Of a DNA stretch of 64,000 bases, positions 51,527 to 64,000 are shown piece by piece (the stretch's first letter is position 1; the number at the start of each line of letters is the position of its first letter). The translations under genes and the position numbers were made by a program. This stretch comes from Klebsormidium nitens. Its lineage: Eukaryota; Plantae; Klebsormidiophyceae. The notes beneath the pieces are model-generated. The model made no database searches. It worked only from the letters and a program-made list of their open reading frames with translations, and was not told the origin of the DNA. The stretch spans positions 310,001 to 374,000 of the forward strand of contig DF236969.1 in the NCBI GenBank assembly GCA_000708835.1, read 5' to 3'.

Positions 51527-52623
51527 TTAAAATATATTGGTAGCTCTTTGCACGTACAGGCCGTTGAAAAGGCGGCAAACGTACGCACCTGGCAGCCTGG
51601 CAGACGCCTCCTCGTGATCGAGCGAGATGAAGTGCGCCACGAACTCTGAGAGTTCCCTCATGCTTCCCTTCTCGACGATCTTGAGCTCCTCAACCGCCAT
51701 TGCAGCCTCTTGGTCTGTCAAGGCTGTCATTCTGGTCACATAATCCACCATGTCTGGATGGACGGGATTGAGATGTGCCGGACTTTCAGTAGCCTCGCGA
51801 GGCCAGCCTCTGCAAAGGGACAGGGAAATAAATCCAGTCAACAAGATAGATACTTGGGAGCAAAGAGCGGTCACTGTTGGCGGCACTGTTGCTGACGGCA
51901 GCGAGCAACCCCCAAAGTTGCAGAGCAAGCGCAGTCTTCGAAGGCAGATCTAGTGAGCAAAGATTCAAAGATCGGTTCTCAGGAGCTTCCCGGAGGACCG
52001 CTTCTCTCTGTCAAAGTTTATGAGAAGCCGCTTCTACCTAGCTTTTTCTTGAGAACCGACTGCACGCGGTCGTCTGAAGTGACGAGGATGACCTGAAGCG
52101 AGCCTTTTGCGTGCATCGAGAGGAGCAGGCGAATGCTTTGAAGAACGTCCCAGGAGAGAGTAAGCTCTCCGTTCTTCTCCTTCCGAAGACCATTCTCAAG
52201 GTCGTCCAATACGATGGTGGCCCGCTCTCGGTGTCGTTTCTCAAACGACGACAGAGTCTTCGCAAGGAAGGGTGAGGACGGATCCATCCCTGTGCGAGAA
52301 ACTGTCCATGCAATTAGAACCAAGCCCTGCATCAAACTCCTGTTAGATGTACTCAGCAAGACATATTCTCCTATACTGACCTGCCACAACAACTCATGAT
52401 ATTAAGCATCTTTGGAAGGGTGAGGCCTCAAATCTGTCGCTTTCAATGTTGTTTGCAGATTGAGATAAGACACCTTTTCAAATGACACTTCAAGGCCGTT
52501 GTCTCAGCCCCTCGCACCTACCTTTGACCACCTCCTCCTGCCAATCGACTCTGAAGAATGCCACACCTTTGCGGCCGCTGATCCGGTGCTCTAACCACGT
52601 GCTCTTCCCACAACCAGCAGGGC
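51527..52623 (-). CDS. P-loop NTPase with STAND-like motif order (copy X'); 5' exon(s) unresolved
   Basis: Exon 52623-52522 has Walker A GPAGCGKST (not in the ORF track). Exon 52289-52038 has Walker B-like RATIVLDD and sensor-like VILVTSD. A tentative 40-nt exon 51949-51910 joined to exon 51809-51527 gives G|DLPSKTALALQLWG|GWP (GxP-like), followed by a short helical tail. Confidence 0.6.
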
Positions 52624-53199
52624 CTTCGTCAGAGAACAACAGCAATCAATAAGCCTGCATGCTGCTTCCGCTTCCAACGTTCCTATTTAATCAACATCCT
52701 TACAGGCACAGGTACCTTACCTTTGTGACTTGTCGATCGAATCCATATTACCGAGATAATGGCGGACCTATCTGGTCAACCAAGATTTCACTCAGAGAGT
52801 GTAACTCCAAAGCTGTCAACAGACTCGCGGGCATCAAGAAGCTTCAAATGCAGAATCAGTAGGCTGACCTACGACAAGAATGGCTTCACTTGAGCAGTCG
52901 AACACGCAATCCACTTCGGGACGTTCCATGAACGGAGCACCTGCAAAACACATCAGAAATGTCGCTCCGGGAAAACGGATCAATCTCCCAAATGCTTTGC
53001 CACTCTATTCATGCGCTAACACTAGCCATCAGAAAGCTTAATTAGTGCCGGCTTTGCGACTCTGAACGGATACAATCTGCAAAAGCAGGCCTGTTTACTA
53101 TGCGTCAGACCCTGCAAGTATCGCGAAGCTTTAACAAATGTGTTGCAAAGTTATATACCTCCTGTCTTATTCAAAAGGGGATGAACAAGACCTTGCAGA

Positions 53200-53883
53200 C
53201 TAGCAGCTCAGTACTCTCATCGAAGTGTGGAAGCTGTAAAGAAAGTGATTGCTGCCTTCTGTGACTGTCTTACAATGACTTCCGCAATGAACGGGTAGGT
53301 TCGCCTCCCGCGTACGCCACAGACGTAGGTACAGAGCACCCGCCTCATGCACGTTGAGTACTCTATCGTACAACCACTTTGGACCTTTGCCGTTGTTATG
53401 CGCGGAAAAGCCCAAGAAGATGAGCACGAACGGTGCACCGATGACCAGAAAGACAGTTCCAACTTCTGCTGCAAGAGAATAAACGTCTCCCGGGCCCGCT
53501 CTTGTTGAACATGGCTGTGTCTTCCTGATTGTGCGTGCATGCCGAGATAGTCTTCTACTGTTCAATCCAACTTTCACGGTCCCGTTACCAAAGATCTGAC
53601 TCGAATTACTCGATGGAATGTTTATCATGCAACCGGCCGGGCGCTTTTGAAAGCCAGAAGGTGATTGGCGCAGGAATACTGGAACTTGGCAGTACTGATG
53701 GCTGAAACGCGAATCTATGATGCTGCTTGCATCAATCTCGGCTGTCAACTTTGTCTGAAATCTCAAATTGCTGTAGGTCTTAGATACCCGCTCAAAAGAA
53801 CGGATGCTAAGGCTGATACGTCTGCTCAGCCGGCAGAATGCACTTGGCAACGACGAACCGGCAACCACGTTTGAACTAGACAT
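53200..53883 (-). CDS. Hypothetical protein; long Ser/Arg-rich transit-peptide-like N-terminus plus one predicted TM helix
   Basis: 227-codon ORF with a true ATG. The first ~128 aa are S/R-rich and poor in acidic residues, ending ...QPCSTRA. Then GPGDVYSLAAEVGTVFLVIGAPFVLIFLGFSAHNNGKGPKWLYDRVLNVHEAG. No family recognised. Confidence 0.45.
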   Translation of the reverse strand: MSSSNVVAGSSLPSAFCRLSRRISLSIRSFERVSKTYSNLRFQTKLTAEIDASSIIDSRFSHQYCQVPVFLRQSPSGFQKRPAGCMINIPSSNSSQIFGNGTVKVGLNSRRLSRHARTIRKTQPCSTRAGPGDVYSLAAEVGTVFLVIGAPFVLIFLGFSAHNNGKGPKWLYDRVLNVHEAGALYLRLWRTREANLPVHCGSHCKTVTEGSNHFLYSFHTSMRVLSC

Positions 53884-56187
53884 TTCTTGTTGCTATTAAG
53901 CACCAGTAGCTCTTAGCTCAACAACTGTTTATGAAGTAAGTCAGGCCTGATCAGTAGATTAGCAAATTGGGTAATGGCTTTTCCTAACTAGCTAGCTGAC
54001 CGTCTTTGTCAAGCATAATTGGAATGGACCCTCCCTTGATCGTCTGACGTGGGGACTCCGCCGCTCATGCGCCGCTCCTTATTGTTGCTTGACGTCTGCG
54101 CCTGTCTGCGTCTGGAGTTGAACAAAGTCAAAGACAACCTTGAGAGACTACCGTCCGAAGTTGGTGAGCGCGGCCGCGGGGGCAACAGTGGCGGCCGGCT
54201 CGGTGTAACCTCACGCGGCCGCCGCAGAGTTTGGGGTTTAACGGGTGTAGTTTCTGTTTTGTGCCAGTTTTGAATGCACCGTGGATTGCCTGCAACTGCG
54301 CATGGAGTGGAAGGCTCAAAGAACCCTTCCTCATCACGAGGTTCACGTGGCTCCAATTATTGGGTTCGAATGATCTTCGTGCAAAGCGGCCGATCAGCTT
54401 GGGGCAAGACCAACACGGACCTTCTGGGTTTGTTGCTGCCTCTGGCCAGCGAAAAGACGTTGCCCCGGCAATATCACAGGCGCGGACTCCTGGTGGACGG
54501 TGTCCACGTGTTGCACACCTTCGGCTGTAGATCGAGGTTTTTGAGGCTCGACGGATTGGAGCTTCGACAACCGGACCTGACGCCCTTGCTTCATCGATCG
54601 CGAATGAAGTTTGAAGTGCATGTACCTCCAAGCCAGAGAGACGGTAAGCGGGCTCCCTAGGTGGCTGAAGGCTTGTCCAGTGCAGGCTGGGCCGGCCAGG
54701 AAGTTTCGTCGAGAACTAGCTCTGGTCATTTGCGGCTGGTAATATACTGGGTGAAAAAGCTTGGAACCGGCAACATGGTTCTAGCAGAACGTTTCGAGCA
54801 TCGATCACCATCAATCTCAGGCGCGGCAAGTGCACCAAACTGTAGATCGATCTCGCGATTGAAGACGGTTCCATGCCTTGCAAATATAGCCGGCTTAACG
54901 ATCCTGTGATATGTCTGCAGCATGCGCCATTACGCAGAACCTCCTCATTCCGGCCCATCGGTAGCATTACATGGCCCTTAGAGATATGATGCAATACATG
55001 GAACTGTGCCACATGTGCGGCGGATCTCATTCGACATGCATGAGCACGCGTGCGATATTTGACAGCTCATGCACCGTACGCGTCTAGCTTGCTTGTATCA
55101 TTTACGAGGTAAGTTGACTGCGCATGCATTTTGTTGTGAGTCATCATTGCCTGCCTAGATCCGTAGGGGTACGTCTGTCCGATCCAGGACAACTCCTCGT
55201 ACATCTGCAGACACATGCACTGACCGGTACGATAACAAGCTGTGACCCGATCAGTCCCCCTGCGGGGGACTGTGGCTTGCCGTTAAGTAAGCCGTCGATC
55301 AGGTGCCGTTTGCACGAGTTGACTTTGAATTTAGCGTCACGGCGGGGCAAAGGGAAAGGGCAGGAAAGCGCAGCGCGCAATCCAATTTTCATCGTCAGTT
55401 GGTCAGGCGGCAGGCCACATGCATGCATGCGACGGCACACACTGTCGGTGACATTCCCTGGCATCATTCAATAAACTGGTTACGAATCCTAACCCCGCAT
55501 CCGATTAACCTCGTACATATCGACGCTTAACCCGACAAGTAACCCAAACATACCAGCTGGCGTAGCAGGTCGATCCCAGCCAAGCACGTCGTTACAGACC
55601 GACGGGCCATGACTGTACCGATAATTGCGGACCTCGGCCCGCAAAGTGCGGAGCGTCAGGCGCTTCTTTCTGATATTGAAAATTAGTGTCATGCATGGCG
55701 CGCCATGCGTGAACGACAATTAGCAATGTCCGGCCAAAACAGATGGCACTAAACCCTCCGTATCGAATTTTGGCTAAGCCAACGGCCAGTCTAGGAATTA
55801 CGGTCTGAAAAATGGTTCACCTGCTAGCAGATGTTTCGTTCGTGATGGAACCCTATGGGTTCCCCTTGAAAGGGCAAGCCAATAATACCGGACAGTACGT
55901 AACTAGCAAATGTAAGTACGGGAAACTGATGACAGATTCAGCTTCATTCGCGACATGCAGCACCATTCGTACTTTATGCGAGGCCCGTGGACATAGATGC
56001 AACACGAAAAGGTCAGATGAAAAAATTGCAACTCGAAGTCCGAAAGCGTGCCCGACTTATTTTAGAACTGAATCAAGGCTTGCACTTTACCGCGCCAAGA
56101 TCTAAAATTTAGCTATCAAGGCGGGGCGTGTGCTTTATGCGCGCTCTACGTTTCAACATTAGCATGCGTTACTGCGGCCCGTTTCGA

Positions 56188-59100
56188 TTACAGGTTGTCT
56201 ATGTGAAGAGGCGCGATGGGATCGGCCGGAGTAAAATTGAACACCTTGGAGTAGAAGAACAGCTCCCACTCAAGTGTTGTCTTGATGTTCTCGGCCTGCG
56301 AGCAAGGGGAGAAGACCAGGTTTGCGCCTGCCAACGTCCGTGGCCTTGACTGTCCCCGACAGAACCTTGGAACCATAGCGAGGCACATGCAAGGGGCCCT
56401 CGCTAGCACAGGCTCGCAGCATTTTCAAACAAGATCAAAGTCGGCTTGTAGTCAAACAATGTGACGCAGGGAAGCCCGTAAAGGATCTCGACACGATGCG
56501 TCGGATGCAACTTCAAATGCGCCGACTAATTCCAGAACACGAAGTTTTCATCCGGTTCTGCAACACTCGTACGGGACACATAAAGTGTTCCTCACACAGT
56601 CGGCCGTTCTTATAAGACTGTGCGGGTTTCTGCAGTGCACACGGTTGATAGCACGCGAGCCGTCATGGCCCCGTGTCTTGTTCAGCTCACCTTCCTGAAG
56701 CCGTGCTGCTCCCCTTCGTACTCGACGAGCGCCGTGGGGATCCCCTTGGCCTTCACCGCCTCGTACATCATGCGAGCCTGGTTCGGGGGGACCACCTGCG
56801 CAGGACGAAAAGGATCAGATACACTCTGTCGAGCCACAGTCAAGGCAGAAGAAGGTTTCTCCCACTCCTCATGCGTAGGTTTCATCTCATGCCTGGCTTG
56901 GGCATGCCATATCAGCGAGTTATAAGCTGCGCATGTTTGGAGGAGACGTGCGTGGGGGAAGATGGGAATGGCAACGATGCCACGGGTCTCCCGAGCTAGA
57001 GTACGAAGAAAAGAATAAATCGAAGGAGTGCGACGAGGGTTTTATTAAGGAGACGCATCGAGGTCGAGCACAGGTCGGAAGGAAGAAGCTGAAAAACGTA
57101 GAGAGGAGTCCGCGGCGTACCTTGTCTTCGAGGCCCTGGAAAAGAATGACCGGGCACGAGAAGCCGTCCACGTGCTTGATGGGGGACCGCTCATCGTACA
57201 GCTGGGCCGCCGTGGCCACAGGACCTGTTTGAGGACCACGCTTCAGAAAGAGGCGCTTGACAAACGCACGCAAACGTGACGGTTGTTCGAACAGATTTGC
57301 TCAGCAAGGAAGAGAGCTTCACTGAATGACGCAGTGAGAGTGGACTGCACGGGCTGCCTGGCATAATCCAGTCCGTCATGATCAGAGCAGGGCAGAACAT
57401 GGGCAATCGCACACAGAAAGGAGTTTGCAGAAAACTTGAAATTCAAAGATTGTGACTTTCATTGCGAGAGTCGTGTGATGAGCGCTCACCCACTAGCTTG
57501 TCCAGGTAGCGCGACTCGAACTTGTGCGTCTCCTGTGCCAGGGTCATAAGGTCGCTCACCTGGAGGGACAGACAAGGACGGCAACTTAGGGGCAATGACA
57601 GACCGAAGACAAACGTGACTCGAGCGACAAGCTTCGCTACTCGACCCGTAGGAGAACGTGCGAATGACCGACGATGCTGCTTGCTGAATGCATGCCACTT
57701 GCATAACAATTGATACACTGAATGGTGCACTTGGTGGCTCTGACAAAGGCGATCAGAGCAATACAGCCCTAGCCTAAACAATGGGGCCTTGAAAGCTCCC
57801 CATTCCTGGAAACTGTCTGGGCCTCGAAAATGGACGGCCCACAGATGTGAAGCAAGCGGAGAACGTCTTCGCGTTCCACCATTATCAAAGTACCCGAAGT
57901 CCCCTTCCGGTCGCTAAAGTAAACAACAGCTCCAGAGCCGGCCGCAAGTAGACTTGCCATGACAGAAACCGCACCCAGCAGCCATGGTGACGACGGTTAA
58001 ACCTCCACCAAACAGCCACACAATCACCTTCGCGCCTTGCACTAGCTATCGCACATCGTTCACTGTAGCCCTGAAAATGTGCAAACTAAAGACAAAAGAG
58101 ATAAGGATGCACTCATAAGCGGCCAGCGCCTGTAGTCGCCCACCCCGTAGTAGGAGCAGCCCGCCTTGAAGGTGTCCCGGAACGCGAGCACGGCCAGCGT
58201 GGTGTACCCGCCCGCGGAGCCGCCGTCAATGGCCAGCCGCTGCCCGTCCACCTTGCCGGCCTTCACCTGCTCAAAGAGCGGGTAGTATTTGGGCCTACTA
58301 TGATACAGCTCTTTGCGAGCAACCTGCCACTTTTAGATAGCGTGGGAAGCTTAAAAGTTCGTCGAAGTTAGTTGACACCATATGAGTTTCAGTCTTGACT
58401 AACTTAGTCGTCTGATTTTGAAAAGTTGCCTCTCTATCTAAAACCGGCAGGATGCTTAAAGAGCGCTGTAAAGATTGGACAATGAGTAGAGCTCTCCAGT
58501 AGAGCGACGGTCACCGTGAACCGGGGCAGGTAGGATGTCTAGCTTGAAATTTACCCATTTGAGAGCAAGTTTCGCTTCAAATACCTTCTAACGGCGCTAT
58601 TTGAGAGGATACTGATGGTGTCGAGCACGTCTGAAGTCCGGGCTGCCGTCGGGTGTTATGAAGGCACTGCTTCATTATTTCAAACTCAAAGGACTTGCCC
58701 ATTTGATTTCTTGCAAAGAACACCCCTCGATATCTCGCACTCAGGCATCGCCTGCAAGGGACGTGTCTGTGCGGTGTGCTCGCGCTCGCTCTCACCAGGT
58801 AGTCTGCCGCGCTACAGCAGTCGTCAATGTCTACGATGCCCCACGTGCCGTATAGCTTCTCGCGGTACTCCCGCCCGTACCCGGTGCTACCCCTGGAAAA
58901 CAAATCCATGAGCACACATAAGAATGCAGTCCTTATTGGTCCATGAGGTGGGCACTAGAGAAAGGGGGGGCTTTGAGGTTACCACGATTGGCCTTGTGGT
59001 GGACGGAGCCCTCGATTCGCATGCTTCTTCAAAACGAATCCTGACGGCAGAAAAACACCTGGATCTCAGACACCGTTCTCCTAAGGCCTGCCAAGAATAC

Positions 59101-62100
59101 GGCAGAAAGTAAGCCACGTAAGAGTATTAAGATTGGCACGAGCAGTACCGCAACACAGGTTTCTTATTGTTCTTCTTCGAGCATGTTTTGTCGCCGGTCA
59201 CAATAAAAAGGTTTTACATTTCAGGCTGAACAAGAGGCACTAAGCGAGCATAGAGGGGTAGATAACGTGTCCGCCAAGCACGCTGCTCGATCAAAATTGA
59301 TTCTTCAATAACAACCTAGATTGACCGCAAAGTTTCTTAACTCCGCTCGTTTCCACCAGACCGCTAGTAGCTTGCTTGCAGAAATGTGACGATGCTGCTT
59401 GCCTGTAGTTGACGTCTGCGACGGCCCAACCGCGAGAGGTCCAGTACTGGATGCCCAGCTTCAAGGACGTGCCCACCTCGGAGGTGGGACCTCCTGAAAG
59501 ATACGCAAGGGAGAAGAGGAAACCAGTCAGCTGTCGTAAGCTGCTGCCAAACTCAGGCCACACCAAGCCTGAGCGAAGGAGCCGTAGTGTCAAATCTTGA
59601 GAGGAGCTTGGTGACGTGGCAATCGGCAGATTCGGCCTCCACCAGCAAGGAGCAGACGCGGTTAGAAGCACGAAAGCGCTGCTGCGCCCCAGGGTACACT
59701 ACCCGCATGCGCAAACCACATAAACGCCGACAAGCTTTTGCGCAAACGCAGCTAAAACGGAGCGCGCACCGTGGCTCTTGACGAGCAGCGGCGGCTTCTC
59801 CCCTGGCGTCCCCTGGAAGTCGGCGTTGGCGGGCGGGTAGTAAATAGCGTATGCCGTCTCGCCGTCCTTGGTGGGGAAGCTGATGGACTCGGGGACCGTC
59901 AGGTACGGCCGGTACTTGCCCGTGTCCAGCGAGCTGGAGCAGAAGAGCACGCTCTGAGCGACGCCGCCCTTGAGATCGGGTGAGAGTTCGACCTGGGGCA
60001 AGCCAGAGTCGCAAGTGTGTAAGGAGCTCTTGCTCGAGGATGTCGAGAATGTGAAATCGACAGGATCCTAGGTCGCCCTGACAGTGATCAAATGCGGTAT
60101 GTGATACTTTTTCATAATTGAACCTCTTCAGAAAGAGACTCTCAGGGAGAGCGCCCGGAGTTGGAGTGGTTCGTCTGCAAACACCTAGAGCGGCTTAACC
60201 GTGTAGCGTGAGGCCGCGAACTTCTGATGCGAGTCGAATCATCAGGAGTACCCACTCGGAAAGAGACTTGAAGACCAACCGGCGAAGTACTTGTGTACCG
60301 TTTACTAATGGATGGCTTGGACCGGCTTGCGGGCGACTCACCGACAACACGGAAGGGGCTTCGGTCGCCGAGGCTGCCACGGTCAAAAGCTTGCCTCCTC
60401 CAGACCCCTGCAAGAGCGTTCCCTGAATATCGGTCTCAAGAGCCGCCACGAACGTGAGAAACGCACATCTATGAATTGCGCCTTTTAGCACACTTGGATA
60501 CCTTGATGATGGGTTGCGGAGCCTCCCGTGGTTGTTCTGATACTCCATGTTCGCACGACATGCAAGCCCGTGTAACGAGCCCTTATTTGTCGTCAGGAGA
60601 GTTGCTGCGCAAGCCTAACATGTCAAGCTCTGACCCGAACACGAAGTTGGAGCGTTGGTGATGCAAGAAACTTTCAACAGCCTGGAAACTCCATGCAATA
60701 CGTCCGTTGCAGGGAAGGTTATTTGAACAAAAACTTGGTCTTACCACATATGATATGTCGGAGTAGGCGGTCTCGACCGGGTACAGGGCTTTGGAGGAGG
60801 CGTCGATTACGGCCAGCTTGCCGATGCCTTTGTCTCTGCAAGGGCACACAAGACACGTAAAGTCGCTCGCCGAACAGCATAAATTCTCAGTCGACGTAAC
60901 GGCCAAGCACTGCATCGAAAGCAGGCTGCCGCTTCCGGTCAGCAACATTTGCGAGCATCCGGGACCAGACTTGGCCACTACTACGAAGGAAAGGCCAGTT
61001 TTGGATTATTATGGAGCGGGAGGGGTCGGCCGTACCGATAGGCGGCCAGGATGTGCGTTCCTTTGCCCGCAGTCTCAGGGACGAAGGTGAACGTCTGGAT
61101 GCCCAACAACCACTGCGGCAGGGCGAACTCCGCCTCGAGCGAGGTGATTGCTTCAGACGACGATCCGTCCTGGGTGGAACAGAGCAGTTCTTATTTAGAG
61201 GCACTCGGTTTAATTGCTTCTGAATGGGATTCTCGCCACAAGCCAGCAAGTATGCGGCTTGCAATCCTCAACCAATCCCCCAAGATTATGATCGCTCTCT
61301 CAGGCCACGTGGACAAGGTTCTTTGCCTCGACAAGCGTCAAGTAGTCGCACACACGAGAAAGAACTACCTTAAATGAAGCCACCCGGCACCGCCCCCAAG
61401 TGCGCAATGCAGATGCTCGACAGGATTCACCTTGCAACCTTGAAGAAACAAAACTGATCGTGGGAAATTACGCCCCTTTGAGAAGAAGACCGCGAGGAGA
61501 CGTCAACGTGCTTACCCATCTGTGGATGTTCCAAAAGCCGGTGCCTTTATCGGTGACATAGAAGAGTTCGCCTGCAACAAGAAGAGAAGTGCGAGGCATT
61601 GAAACAATTTGAACGGAAAACGAGCCCCTTTCGCCGAAATGCCAGGATCTGACGGCTCCCTGCGTGCAGACCTGGCGCAGCAATATGCTGAGCAGGTTTG
61701 AAGACAATCAAGTCGGATCCTGTCTACATGATTTTCCAGTCCGATAAACAGCAGGTCAACATAGTGACGTACCCGTTCTTACCTGCAGGCGACCAGCTAG
61801 GTTGTGTGGCCGCCTCAACAGCCCCATCCTTCCCGCCTGCAATTGACCGGACGTTGCTCAACTCCCTGCAGTTCAACAACTTAGTCGGTGAAAGCGAGCA
61901 ACGAATCGTGACGTTACTTGAAGGACAGATGGGGGAACCACGGCTATCGAAATAAGGGAACGGACAACGCTTAGGCAGAAAACCCGACCAAAAATGTATG
62001 CCTGCACGCTTCAGTTGCGGACTAGGATCTCCAGGACCAGACGGTCCATGACGACATGGGCTTCTTCTTCTTCATCAGGGCTCCTTATGATGGTCAAGGC

Positions 62101-63688
62101 TACAGGACAACCAAGGACAGGACTCATGGCTTTATCAAGCTCGTATTGAAATCAGTCATTTCTAACGAAGGACGCGCTCACCCTGCATCGGTGACGTCAG
62201 CTAGCCAGAGCTGCGTTGCGTCCCAGGGCATATTCGGATGCTCCCACGTGGTGAACGCCAGCTGGCGCCCGTCAGGACTTAGACGGGGGTAGCTTACGAA
62301 GTCGTGGCCAGTCACCAGCACGACAGGTTCTGGAGGGTACAAAAGGCACTTCGAATCAAATGAGTTCGTTCGATTCTGACTCTGCGTATGACTCGAGCTT
62401 CAAAGCTGTGGATACCGAGTCCACAATCAATGAACAGCTACGTTATGAGAGTCCTTTTGCCGATGGACAATCTGGCGTCATCAGCTTCGTTCTGATACGG
62501 GAGTGTACCACACGGCTTGTCTGTGGCTTTCAGCCACCTTCTTGTGAAGGGAAATTCCTGTTTGGTTTGGAATGCCTCCAGAAGCTTCAGGGTCCGAGTT
62601 GGTGAATGACAAACCGCAAGCCCGCTTGTGTCCAAGAATATCGTGACAAGTGTTGTGACGCTATGACTTAAAAAGGGGGTTCATCCATTAGTCAGGTGAA
62701 GGTTTGGCAAGGTGGCCGGCATTCAAAGTACAAGGCCTTACCAGCGGTTGGATTTGTCAGGTCAACCGCTACAATCTCGTTTTTGCACTCCTTCCCTTCT
62801 TCTCGATGATCTGCAGGCGGAGAATGTGAGAAACGGTCGATGTCTTTCGCATTGTGTTGTCCTGAGCACGTCCTTTCAAATTAGCGGGATGTACCTGCCT
62901 GCAACATGCTGAGTGCACTCCGCCCTCCTCTCAAAAAAATGGTCAATCCTTGATGCTACATCAAGCCACTTGACATCAGGTGAGCCGGATTCCTTGTGGC
63001 AAGTTACTTGTGAACTACCATTGGAAGGACTCCTTGCAAGCGTCGATGAAAAGTCCCATGAGCGGAAAGAAGACTTTGTAGGGTAATGTATAGAGGGCCC
63101 GACCTTCTCTGATGGTGATGAAGCGTTGGCGCTGCGTGTCGAGCACCCCATCGCCATACCTGACCTTCATCCCTTCGACCTCCGGAGTCAGCGCAACAGG
63201 AGTCTGATCTGCGCACATGATTGGTATAGCTCTCAGGTATAGACCCTTTTTCGATTCGAGTTCTGCCCCACCTTGCTCAGCGGTGCCGAGTGGAGCATGT
63301 GAGAACTGTAAGCCTCTTCGTGGTTTGCGGAGAGACAATTCCACACTGATTGATGACGTTTACAGATCACAACCAGCTTTTTCGATGGCCAAATCAACCT
63401 GCTTGATCAACAAACGTAACCACAGTCTTTTTAACTGCTTTTCTCAGAGGACGCACATGGTTATATAGCGCCTTCAGAGGTACAAACAAATCTTTGGGCT
63501 TACCTCCAGTCAATTTCTGCATGTAGAGCCGCTGATCCTTCATGTTTGAATAGATGACGCAGTCAGCGAACAACCCCCAGCTCTCTCCCCCATATTCATG
63601 GACCAGGGTACGAACGTTGTGGTCCGCGGGAGTAAGGTCCTTCTGTGGACCATCAGACAGGCCGTCCCGCATAACCAGGACACTCCGC
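56188..63688 (-). CDS. S9-family (prolyl oligopeptidase/acylaminoacyl-peptidase-like) serine peptidase, bacterial type; 5' end beyond the window
   Basis: Many short exons, e.g. 63688-63504 ([27 protein letters not shown]), ~62.18-62.33 kb ([34 protein letters not shown]), 59992-59770 ([32 protein letters not shown]), 59493-59403 ([18 protein letters not shown]), 58892-58796 ([10 protein letters not shown]), 58266-58144 ([10 protein letters not shown], nucleophile Ser), 57559-57490, 57224-57121 (LFQGLEDK, catalytic Asp), 56795-56691 (EGEQHGFRK, catalytic His), 56295-56188 ([24 protein letters not shown]). Confidence 0.93.
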
Positions 63689-64000
63689 CTGCGGAAAGAA
63701 AACTCTCAATTGTCATCGGAAGTGACGCATTGAAAACCCTTTGTCTTAAAGTGATATCAATTCGTTGCGTGAAACACTGGAGCCCCACCACTCAACTTGA
63801 CAATTTTGTTTGAGGACGCTTAGTAAGTTAGTAAGTGGTTGCATGGGTCTGTGTTCCAGGTGATGCAAGCGCTTGGAGATCTCACTGGTTATTGCGCAGT
63901 AGCAGCTGTGGGTTTGATGGGAAGACTTTCATTGTAGACAAAAGCAGCAGCGCAATCAGGGCAACAAGACCTGAAGCTTAGGGGCTAAACAAGTGGCAGC

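Noticed and set aside
53900-56100. Cluster of 100-167 aa ORFs on both strands
   Set aside because: No motifs, no GC3 codon bias and no consistent exon chain; treated as intergenic or UTR.
1-64000. CRISPR arrays, rRNA, intact transposase/RT/integrase, prokaryotic operons
   Set aside because: None seen. The window is spliceosomal-intron-rich eukaryotic DNA, and the bacterial-type genes carry introns, so contamination is not indicated.

Overview
Intron-rich eukaryotic genomic DNA, about 52% GC by eye, with one 807-N assembly gap. Gene content (plastid NDH subunit, flagellar CFAP206, cyanobacterial-type enzymes, zf-MYND paralogues) suggests a streptophyte green alga such as Klebsormidium; this is inference only. 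The ORF track fragments nearly every gene, so I rebuilt spliced models by hand from GT/GC-AG sites and reading-frame phase. In order: 3' end of an unknown helical protein (+), UBX/PUX11-UBXN4-like (-), GT29 sialyltransferase-like (+), MBF1c-like (-), gap, ArnT/PMT_2-type GT-C glycosyltransferase with transit-peptide-like N-terminus (+), PnsB3/NDF4-like 2Fe-2S protein (-), cyanobacterial-type LpxB-related glycosyltransferase (+), a GTAC-rich repeat tract, Tim44 (-), CFAP206 (+), a duplicated block of two P-loop/STAND-like NTPase copies (-) flanking two tandem zf-MYND genes (+), an orphan one-TM ORF (-), and a 5'-truncated S9 peptidase (-). Best leads: (1) two bacterial lipid-A/envelope-type glycosyltransferases with organellar-type presequences about 6 kb apart; (2) the STAND-like NTPase/zf-MYND block, where one MYND copy carries a substitution that is both a stop codon and a perfect new splice donor. 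No rRNA, tRNA, CRISPR array or intact transposase was recognised. Coordinates were counted by hand and may be off by a few bases.
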